Shown: one piece after another, positions 56,444 through 64,000 of the stretch | Position numbering within the stretch: position 1 is the first letter of the stretch | Layout of the letters: every line of letters starts with the position of its first letter | NCBI GenBank assembly: GCA_044225365.1 | Contig: JBGAIQ010000023.1 | Coordinates: 1 to 64,000 of the forward strand | Length of the DNA stretch: 64,000 nt | Origin: Planctomycetota bacterium | Lineage (GTDB): Bacteria; Planctomycetota; B15-G4; JADJEK01 | Direction of reading: 5' to 3' | Translations under genes and position numbers: made by a program | The notes under the pieces: model-generated | The model's input: only the letters and a program-made list of their open reading frames with translations | Databases searched by the model: none | Told to the model about the DNA's origin: nothing

Positions 56444-57850
56444 ATGGACGTCAGCATGACGAAGGATTTCGTGAACAAGATCTGGGACGAGTCGATCGTT
56501 CCGACCCTCACGGAGTACATCAAGATCCCGAACAAGTCGCCGATGTTCGATCCAAAATGGCGCGAGAACGGCCACATGGACCGCGCGGTCGAATTGATCT
56601 CGAACTGGTGCAAGCAGCAGCCGATCGCCGGGATGACGCTCGAAGTCGTGCGACTCGGCGACCGCACGCCCGTCATCCTGATGGACATCCCGGGTGATGT
56701 GGACGACACCGTCCTCCTCTACGGCCACCTCGACAAGCAGCCGGAGATGACGGGCTGGCTCGACGGCCTCGGCCCGTGGACGCCGGTGATGAAGGGCGAC
56801 AAGCTCTACGGCCGTGGCGGCGCCGACGACGGATACGCCGCCTTCGCCTCGCTGACCGCGATCCGCGCCGCGAAGGAAGCGGGCGCGAAGCTCGCGCGCT
56901 GCGTCGTGTTGATCGAGGCCTGTGAGGAGAGCGGGAGTTTCGACCTGCCCGCGTACATCGATCACCTCGCACCGCGCATCGGTTCGCCATCGCTCGTGAT
57001 CTGTCTCGACTCGGGCTGTGGCAACTACGAACAGATGTGGTGCACGACGTCGCTGCGCGGACTCGTCGGCGGCGACCTGACGGTGCAGGTCCTGAACGAA
57101 GGCGTGCACAGCGGCGACGCTTCCGGCATCGTCCCGTCCTCGTTCCGCATCCTGCGTCAGGTCCTCTCGCGTCTCGAGGACGAGAAGACCGGCCGCATCA
57201 AGCTGAAGGACCTCTGGACCAAGATCCCGGCCCAGCGCGTCGCGCAGGCCAAGGCCGTCGCGAAAGTGCTCGGCAACGCCGTGTGGAACAAGTTCCCCTT
57301 CCACGGCAAGACCAAGCAGATGGGCAAGGACAACGTCGATCGCGTGCTGAACCGCACGTGGCGGCCGACGCTTTCGATCACCGGCGTCGCCGGCATTCCG
57401 CCGCTGGATTCCGCGGGCAACGTGCTGCGTCCGCAGACCGCGGTCAAGGTCTCGGTCCGCATCCCGCCGCTCGTCGACGGTCCCAAGGTCGCAAAGAAGC
57501 TGAAGCAGCTCCTCGAGAAGTCACCGCCCTACGGCGCACGCGTCGAGTTCAAGGGCGAGAAGGGCAGCAGCGGCTGGAACGCTCCCGCGCTCGCGAAGTG
57601 GCTCGAGGATTCGATGGCGTCGGCGTCGATGAGCTTCTTCGGCAAGAAGGCGGTCTACATGGGCGAGGGCGGCACGATCCCGTTCATGGGCATGCTCGGC
57701 GAGAAGTTCCCGAAGGCGCAGTTCATGATCACGGGCGTCCTCGGCCCCAGCAGCAATGCGCACGGCCCGAACGAATTCCTGCACATCCCGACCGGCAAGA
57801 AGCTGACCTGCTGCGTCGCGCAGGTCCTCGAAGATCACGCGAAGCGTTGA
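56444..57850 (+). CDS. M20 family metallopeptidase (dipeptidase-like)
   Basis: YGHLDKQP, GRGGADDG, EESGS, HSG, AHGPNE; GGAG before ATG 56444. Confidence 0.9.
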   Translation: MDVSMTKDFVNKIWDESIVPTLTEYIKIPNKSPMFDPKWRENGHMDRAVELISNWCKQQPIAGMTLEVVRLGDRTPVILMDIPGDVDDTVLLYGHLDKQPEMTGWLDGLGPWTPVMKGDKLYGRGGADDGYAAFASLTAIRAAKEAGAKLARCVVLIEACEESGSFDLPAYIDHLAPRIGSPSLVICLDSGCGNYEQMWCTTSLRGLVGGDLTVQVLNEGVHSGDASGIVPSSFRILRQVLSRLEDEKTGRIKLKDLWTKIPAQRVAQAKAVAKVLGNAVWNKFPFHGKTKQMGKDNVDRVLNRTWRPTLSITGVAGIPPLDSAGNVLRPQTAVKVSVRIPPLVDGPKVAKKLKQLLEKSPPYGARVEFKGEKGSSGWNAPALAKWLEDSMASASMSFFGKKAVYMGEGGTIPFMGMLGEKFPKAQFMITGVLGPSSNAHGPNEFLHIPTGKKLTCCVAQVLEDHAKR

Positions 57851-57862
57851 ACGGTTGATCCC

Positions 57863-59494
57863 ATGTCGGACTCCATCGCCCATCCTCCACTCCCCACGAA
57901 CGAGCCCATCAAGTCCTACGCCCCCGGCGCGCCGGAGACGAAGGCGTTGAAGGATGCGATCGCCGCGCAGCGCAGCGAGACGATCGAGATCCCGATGATC
58001 ATCGGGGGCAAGGAAGTCCGCAGCGGCAAGCTCGCGAACGTCGTCGAGCCGCATGCGCATCAGAAGGTCCTCGCGCGCGCGCACCTCGCGAGGCCCGAGG
58101 ACGTGAAGGCCGCGATCGACGCGGCAGTGAAGGCGCAGCACGATTGGGCCGCGCTGCCGTTCGAGCAGCGCGCCTCGATCTTCCTCAAGGCCGCCGACCT
58201 GCTCGCGGGCCCGTGGCGCGCGAGGATCAACGCGGCGACGATGCTGGGTCAGAGCAAGACGCCGTTCCAGGCCGAGATCGATTCGGCCTGCGAGCTGATC
58301 GACTTCCTGCGCTACAACGCGCACTACGCAGCGCAGATCCTCGAGGTGCAGCCCGGTAGTCAACCCGGGATGTGGAATCGCTGCGAGTATCGCAATCTCG
58401 AAGGCTTCGTGCTCGCCGTGACGCCATTCAACTTCACGTCGATCGCGGGGAACCTTCCGACCTCGCCCGCCTACTTCGGCAACGTCGCCGTGTGGAAGCC
58501 CGCGACGACGTCGATCTTCTCGAACTACCTCCTGATGCGTCTCTACATGGAGGCCGGCGTCCCGCCCGGAGTCATCAACTTCGTCCCGGGCGACGGCGCC
58601 ACGATCGGCGGCCTCGCGCTGCCGAGCGAGCATCTCGCCGGCATTCACTTCACCGGCTCGACCGGCACCTTCAACCACATGTGGAAGACGGTCTCGGAGA
58701 ACCTCACGCGGTACAAGGGCTACCCGCGACTCGTGGGCGAAACGGGTGGCAAGGACTTCGTGTTCGCGCATCCGTCGGCCGACGTCGACGCCCTCGTCAT
58801 CGCGCTGCTGCGCGGCGCGTTCGAATACCAAGGTCAGAAGTGCTCCGCCGCAAGTCGCGCCTACATCCCGCAGTCGCTGTGGCCGCGCGTTCGCGACCGC
58901 CTCGTCGCCGAACTGAAGAGCGTGAAGATGGGCGATCCCACCGACTTCACGACGTTCCTCGGCGCCGTCATCGACGAGAAGTCGTGGACGACGCAGAAGA
59001 CGCACATCGAGAAGATGCGCGCGAACAAGGACGCGAAGATCGTCGCGGGCGGCGAGTGCGACAAGAGCGTCGGCTACTTCGTTCAGCCTACCGTCATCGA
59101 GACGTCCGATCCGCGCGCCGTCACGATGTGCGAAGAGCTCTTCGGTCCCGTCCTCACGATCCACCCCTACGCCGACGAGCAGCTCGACGCCACGCTCGAG
59201 CTGTGCGACACGACCTCGCCGTACGCGCTCACCGGCGCGATCTTCGCGCAGGATCGCGGCGCGATCGATCACATGAGCAAGAAGCTGCGGCAGGCCGCGG
59301 GCAACTTCTACATCAACGACAAGCCCACCGGCGCGGTCGTCGGGCAGCAGCCCTTCGGCGGCGCGCGCGCGTCCGGCACCAACGACAAGGCGGGTTCCCT
59401 TTGGAACCTCATCCGTTGGACGTCGGTGCGCACGATCAAGGAAACGTTCGTGCCGCCGAAGGACTGGCGCTACCCGCACATGGGCAGCGCGTGA
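57863..59494 (+). CDS. pruA: L-glutamate gamma-semialdehyde (P5C) dehydrogenase
   Basis: QAEIDSACELIDF, PFNFTSI, FTGST, ETGGKDF, FEYQGQKCSA, NDKPTGAVVGQQPFGG. Confidence 0.93.
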   Translation: MSDSIAHPPLPTNEPIKSYAPGAPETKALKDAIAAQRSETIEIPMIIGGKEVRSGKLANVVEPHAHQKVLARAHLARPEDVKAAIDAAVKAQHDWAALPFEQRASIFLKAADLLAGPWRARINAATMLGQSKTPFQAEIDSACELIDFLRYNAHYAAQILEVQPGSQPGMWNRCEYRNLEGFVLAVTPFNFTSIAGNLPTSPAYFGNVAVWKPATTSIFSNYLLMRLYMEAGVPPGVINFVPGDGATIGGLALPSEHLAGIHFTGSTGTFNHMWKTVSENLTRYKGYPRLVGETGGKDFVFAHPSADVDALVIALLRGAFEYQGQKCSAASRAYIPQSLWPRVRDRLVAELKSVKMGDPTDFTTFLGAVIDEKSWTTQKTHIEKMRANKDAKIVAGGECDKSVGYFVQPTVIETSDPRAVTMCEELFGPVLTIHPYADEQLDATLELCDTTSPYALTGAIFAQDRGAIDHMSKKLRQAAGNFYINDKPTGAVVGQQPFGGARASGTNDKAGSLWNLIRWTSVRTIKETFVPPKDWRYPHMGSA

Positions 59495-59497
59495 GAT

Positions 59498-61681
59498 TCA
59501 CTGCAGTGTGACGATCAGCGTGTCCGTCGTCTGAAAGGTCGTCGACCCGGTCAGCGTGGTGCAGGACGTTCCGATCAAGACGTTCTCGACGACGCCCTGG
59601 ATCGCGATCTGAGTACCGACGAGCGCGGGACTCGTGCCGTTGACGATCGTCGCGCTCGAACCCACGATCACGTTGGTCGGCGCGACGCCGTACGTACACG
59701 CCGCACAGATGCCCCATGAGAACGGCGTGCCGACGAGGATCTTCGGCGATCCGAAATTCGCAACCTTCGTCACGTTGACGGTTCCCGTTCCGCCGACCAG
59801 CGAGAGTTGCCCCGTGAACGAGATCTTCGGTTCGAAGATGCCGCCGCAACCGGTTTGGGAAACCTGCACGCCCCCGGGCAGGACCGCGGATTGATAGAAG
59901 GCGGCGGCGAGATCGAAATTCGAGGCGTCGTTCACCAACCAGGTCACGAGGGACTTTCCGACCGGGCCGCCCGATTCGTACGCGGTCGTCACGTCCGCGG
60001 CATAACCGTGGCCCGAAGGCGTGGGCGTGGAGAGGTTGTGCTCGAGCATTTGGAATCCGCTGCTCGTCGTCAGGAACGTGCCCATGGTCACGTCGAGCGA
60101 TTCGCGCGAGTAACAGTACACGTAGCGACCTCCGTCGCGGGCGAGATGCGGTTCGACGTCGAACGAATTCACGTTCGGATGGTCGAGCAGGGAAAAGTTC
60201 GTCATCACGCCATCGGTCGCGAGCGCGCCGTTCGAGAATTTCATCTTCCGGACTTGGATGTCGGAGATGTTGCTCGTCGTGATGTAACGATTCCACATCG
60301 CGACGTAGTTGATGCCGTCGCCCGCCACGCTCATATCCGAGATCTTCCCGGTCGCATTACCGAGCAGCACGCTCGATCCGGTGCCGAGTCCGCTGACCGC
60401 GTCGATCACACGCGCATTCAACGTGACGGCTGGACTGTTCGAGTTATCCGCATAGGCGACGATCCAGCGCTTCGCACCGGCGTCGGTCGCGGTCACGTCG
60501 GCGAAGTAGTAGGCGCCGTTGTCGGCGACGGTACCCCCGAGCCCGATGACGCCGAGATTCGAGATCGTGCGCGCCTGGAGCTTCGTGGCGTCGTTGAGGA
60601 GATTCCCCTCGGCATAGACCACGAGACCATAATTGAAGCCGGGCGACTCGATCCCGGCGACGTGCGGGTTGTTGCAGTAGTTCCCCGACGCAAGGGTCAT
60701 CGCCGCGCCGACGGCGCCATTCGATGCCGCCACGAATCGCACCTTGATCTTGTTGCCGGAAAGCACGCCACCGTCGAACTCGTACGCGATGAGGAAGAAC
60801 CCGGTCGACGCGATGTCGCCGACCGACGGATCCCGCGAGGTGGAGGTCGTGATATCGATCGGCAGCGACGTGATGACGTTGCCATTGCCGTCGAGGTAGA
60901 ACCCGATCGTGTCGGGATCCGGGTTGTATTCATCGTCGTCGTGGAACACGACGACGTACGTGTCGCTGGTCGCGTCGTACGCGGTCTTCGCGTCGAACAC
61001 GTTGAACGTCGCGCCGGACTCGATCGTGATGAATTGGAGCACGGGATCGACGACGAGCGGCAGCGTCGCGTCCCGCACGAATGCCTCGGGGACATGCAGG
61101 CGGATCCGATCGCCGAGGAATTCGCTCGAGGACTTCACCTCGCGCCCTCTCGCGTCGCGGGTCGTGACGTCGCCGTAGACCGCTTCGCCCTTGCCTTCGA
61201 CGTCGAAGCGCAGGCCGCCATCATGACCGCGATAGGTCCAAGCCGTGTCGATCGGTAGGTCGATCACGATCTCGCCGCGCTTTGCGAGCGATGGGATCTC
61301 GAAGGTCTGCTCGACGCGATCGAGTTCGAGATTCCATCGCTCGACGAACGATCCGTGGTCTTGGACGAAGCTTCCACCATCGACCACCGGCGCGAGATCG
61401 TCGTCGCTCGCGAGTGCGGACCCGCCGAGGGTCATGCTCGGAGTGTGGAACGACAGAGGAGAATGCCGGCCAAGACCCTTCACGAGGGGGTAGAACGTGA
61501 AGCCGTCGCGCGTCGCGTGGAGCTTCCAGGTTCCGGTGCGTGCCCACAGACCGGATTCCGGATCCGCTTCTACGAGCGGACTCTTCAGCGCGAGGGGAGC
61601 GGCCGCGCGGACCTGCGGCCCGGTATCGAGATCGACGGCGCCGAACAGGGAACATGCAAAGAGCAACGTGGAAACGGACAT
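59498..61681 (-). CDS. Large exported beta-rich hypothetical protein
   Basis: ATG 61681, signal-like N-terminus; RDARG...PLVVDP prodomain-like segment; propeller-like repeats; Cys-containing C-terminal domain. Confidence 0.65.
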   Translation of the reverse strand: MSVSTLLFACSLFGAVDLDTGPQVRAAAPLALKSPLVEADPESGLWARTGTWKLHATRDGFTFYPLVKGLGRHSPLSFHTPSMTLGGSALASDDDLAPVVDGGSFVQDHGSFVERWNLELDRVEQTFEIPSLAKRGEIVIDLPIDTAWTYRGHDGGLRFDVEGKGEAVYGDVTTRDARGREVKSSSEFLGDRIRLHVPEAFVRDATLPLVVDPVLQFITIESGATFNVFDAKTAYDATSDTYVVVFHDDDEYNPDPDTIGFYLDGNGNVITSLPIDITTSTSRDPSVGDIASTGFFLIAYEFDGGVLSGNKIKVRFVAASNGAVGAAMTLASGNYCNNPHVAGIESPGFNYGLVVYAEGNLLNDATKLQARTISNLGVIGLGGTVADNGAYYFADVTATDAGAKRWIVAYADNSNSPAVTLNARVIDAVSGLGTGSSVLLGNATGKISDMSVAGDGINYVAMWNRYITTSNISDIQVRKMKFSNGALATDGVMTNFSLLDHPNVNSFDVEPHLARDGGRYVYCYSRESLDVTMGTFLTTSSGFQMLEHNLSTPTPSGHGYAADVTTAYESGGPVGKSLVTWLVNDASNFDLAAAFYQSAVLPGGVQVSQTGCGGIFEPKISFTGQLSLVGGTGTVNVTKVANFGSPKILVGTPFSWGICAACTYGVAPTNVIVGSSATIVNGTSPALVGTQIAIQGVVENVLIGTSCTTLTGSTTFQTTDTLIVTLQ

Positions 61682-61783
61682 TCTCGCGATCCTTCCGTCG
61701 GTTCGAGGGGTCGAGCCGAAAGGACGAGGAATCACGGACGTCGCGACAAGAATTCCTTCGAAGAGTGAGACCGTGTCGACGAG

Positions 61784-62350
61784 CTATACGCTGCGGCCGC
61801 CGAACTTGGCGAGCACGATCCCGGCGGCGACGAATCCCATCACCTGGTCGACGAGTTGAGCGAGCGTGTACTCGAGCGGGAAGTGATACCAATTCCAGTA
61901 CGACAGCTCGATCGACGACCACGCGGCCACGCCGAGGAGCGCGACGAAGGCGAGGCGCGGGACGAAGCTCGTGAGACGCGAGCGCGCGAGCAGGAATCCC
62001 GCGACGAGACAGGCGAGCACATCGGCGGCGAACTCGATCCCGAGCTGTTTCGGCGTCATCGCCTCTTCACCGCCCTTGGTCACGATGAACAGGCCGCTCG
62101 GACCCTTCGCGAGCTGTTCGTTGTGCGCCGCCATGACCTTCTCGTCCTGCCAATTGCCGTGCATTCCGGGGACCATGTAGAGCCCGTCCTTCGGCACGGC
62201 GGTCTCTAGCGCGGTGAGGAAGGCGGGCTCGGCGGCTTCCGGCAACTCGCTGAATCCCATCGTTCCGAGCGGCGTCGCCATGTGCGAGATCGCGCCCCAG
62301 ATGAACATGGCGAGTCCGACGGCGAGTGCGACGATGAGGCTTCTCAGCAT
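61784..62350 (-). CDS. Hypothetical 4-TM membrane protein
   Basis: GAGG-like RBS, MFIWG..SHM, GLYMVPG, YWNWYHFP. Confidence 0.7.
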   Translation of the reverse strand: MLRSLIVALAVGLAMFIWGAISHMATPLGTMGFSELPEAAEPAFLTALETAVPKDGLYMVPGMHGNWQDEKVMAAHNEQLAKGPSGLFIVTKGGEEAMTPKQLGIEFAADVLACLVAGFLLARSRLTSFVPRLAFVALLGVAAWSSIELSYWNWYHFPLEYTLAQLVDQVMGFVAAGIVLAKFGGRSV

Positions 62351-62438
62351 GGCGATCTCTTCCCCCGTGGGGCGTGAATTGTGAGGGCGCGAGGTTCGAT
62401 GTCGCCATGGTGCCGCGAACGATCGGAACGAGCAAGCC

Positions 62439-63161
62439 TCAACGAGCTGCGGCGCGCAGGGATTCGATCTCATTCTCCGAGAGGCATCGCGACGTTCCTG
62501 GCGAGAGATCGCAAAGACGGAGTGGGCCGATCGCGATTCTCTCGAGGGAGACCACCCGTAAGCCGAGCTGGTGGAGACTGCGCCGGATCTGACGGAAGCG
62601 ACCTTCGATGAGGCGCATTTCGAGCGTGGTCGTGCGATCGTCGGCCGATTCGATGGTGGTCGCCATCGGCTTCAAGCGCTCGCCGTCGAGTTCGATCCCA
62701 TCGCGCAGCGGACCAAGGCGCGAGTCGTCGACTCCGCCTGCGACCTTCACGCGATAGACCTTCTCGATCCTCGAATTCGGTCCGGTGATCGAGAAGTGAA
62801 GGTCGCCGTCGGTCGTGAGCAAGAGCAGACCACACGAGTCGCGATCGAGCCGACCCACGGGCTTTGCGCGCTTGAATTCCGGATCGACGAGATCGCGTAC
62901 GGTCCTGCGTCCTTCGGGATCCCGCAACGTGGTGACGACGCCGACGGGCTTGTTCAGCATGACGTAGAGTCGCGGCTCCTGTCCTACGCGCGAGCCGTCC
63001 AACTCGATCACGTCGGCGTCGGGATCCACGACGGTCGACGGGTCGAGGATGATCTCTCCATTGACGGCGATGCGTCCCGCCGCGACGGCGAGATCGGTCT
63101 CGCCACGCGACAGGACGCCCCACTTCGGTAGAAGTCGCCGGAGAGGAACCGCCGAGGTCAT
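62439..63161 (-). CDS. RsuA/RluB-family pseudouridine synthase with S4 domain
   Basis: GRIAVNG, LNKP.GVVTT, VGRLDRDSCGLLLLT, EKVYRV, EGRFRQIRR. Confidence 0.92.
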   Translation of the reverse strand: MTSAVPLRRLLPKWGVLSRGETDLAVAAGRIAVNGEIILDPSTVVDPDADVIELDGSRVGQEPRLYVMLNKPVGVVTTLRDPEGRRTVRDLVDPEFKRAKPVGRLDRDSCGLLLLTTDGDLHFSITGPNSRIEKVYRVKVAGGVDDSRLGPLRDGIELDGERLKPMATTIESADDRTTTLEMRLIEGRFRQIRRSLHQLGLRVVSLERIAIGPLRLCDLSPGTSRCLSENEIESLRAAAR

Positions 63162-63182
63162 GTTCCGCTCACTTCCGGGAAA

Positions 63183-64000
63183 TCAACGATCGGACTTCGA
63201 TGCACCTTGGGATCCCAGCGCGCGATGCAGTGCCGCGAGCATCGACCGCAATTCGTCGAGCACGGGCCGCGACTGGCGGACGATCATGCGGCCGCCGAAG
63301 TGGCTCACGCTGACTCCCGGCCAGACGTCCCAGGTTTGCGGGCGCACCTGCTGCCGAATCAATTGATCGAGCTGATCGACCGGCATGTCGCCATCTTCGG
63401 GCGAATTGGGGACGACGAGATCCGCGACATCGAACATCTCGACCGCGAGCGGAGGCTGAGTCGCCATTTCGATCACGCCGTGGTCCGCGACCGCGTAACG
63501 ATCGAAGTGCTGCGCCACCGAACCGATGACCGCGCGCAGCGAGACCTTTTCGAGGTGGACCGTCACCGGCTCGCCCGAGTACTCCGGCGGCACGACGAAC
63601 GTCACACCGAACTGGTGGCGAACCCACTCACCGAATTCCGCGACCGTCGTCGTCTGCAGGTCCGCGTCGATGATCTTCTCGAGCCTCGCGTCGAGATCGT
63701 CCTGCCACGTCGCGCGCGGAATCGGCTTCTCCACGTAGTCCGCGATCGGGGTCGCGAGCCGTTCGAGGAATTCGCGCGCGCTCTCGTGCGTTTGCGAATC
63801 CGCGGTGATGACGAGCAGGTTCTTGTAGAAGGTCATCGAGTAGCCGAGGCGATCGAAAACGCCCGGTGATCCGATGAACGTCGCAGCGAGATCGAGCAAC
63901 CGGGCTTGCCGCGCGGCGATCTCGTCGGGGCCGAGTCCCTCGAACAACACCCCCACGGAGTAGAACCGCGACTCGACGGCGTGATGAACGGTGTTCTGGG
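63183..64000 (-). CDS. Hypothetical protein with secretin-N/STN-like segments; 5' end lies outside the window
   Basis: Frame is open to the window edge; FYSVG.L, FDVADLV, LI...V.PQTW, IVRQS..V. Confidence 0.55.
   Translation of the reverse strand, partial: QNTVHHAVESRFYSVGVLFEGLGPDEIAARQARLLDLAATFIGSPGVFDRLGYSMTFYKNLLVITADSQTHESAREFLERLATPIADYVEKPIPRATWQDDLDARLEKIIDADLQTTTVAEFGEWVRHQFGVTFVVPPEYSGEPVTVHLEKVSLRAVIGSVAQHFDRYAVADHGVIEMATQPPLAVEMFDVADLVVPNSPEDGDMPVDQLDQLIRQQVRPQTWDVWPGVSVSHFGGRMIVRQSRPVLDELRSMLAALHRALGSQGASKSDR

Overview
High-GC bacterial DNA (about two-thirds G+C by eye), densely coding, with about 48 genes. The gene content points to a Planctomycetota-type genome (inference): a DUF1080/propeller/CxxCH heme protein, a PmoA-like/DUF6807 protein, a Tat-exported Gfo/Idh/MocA enzyme, a membrane Ser/Thr kinase with an FGE-sulfatase domain and paired large SPFH proteins. 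No rRNA, tRNA, CRISPR array, integrase or transposase was recognised. Main blocks: (1) 1-22.9 kb, exported or membrane enzymes including a tandem HTTM-like pair and an MBL-fold/2-hydroxyacid dehydrogenase fusion; (2) 23.0-31.2 kb, a six-subunit hydrogenase-4-like (Ehr) operon whose large subunit lacks the Ni-binding motifs, led by an HTH-PTS EIIA gene; (3) 31-39 kb, small accessory genes, an SPFH pair and a CorC/HlyC protein; (4) 39.4-53.7 kb, a MacAB-type ABC gene set whose two permeases are about 9.7 kb apart, with a TetR/SDR pair, a decayed hipBST-like module and four divergent paralogous exported helical proteins in between; (5) 54-64 kb, rpmG, OsmC, DUF4388, esterase, M20 peptidase, P5C dehydrogenase and pseudouridine synthase. 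Two intergenic repeat families occur (5.6-6.0 kb; 16.1 and 53.8-53.9 kb). All family calls come from motifs recognised by eye, and no database search was run. The best candidates for something undescribed are the four-paralog array, the HTTM pair with Lys-to-Arg substitution, the triple-repeat SPFH pair, the exported MBL-dehydrogenase fusion and the PTS-linked Ehr complex.
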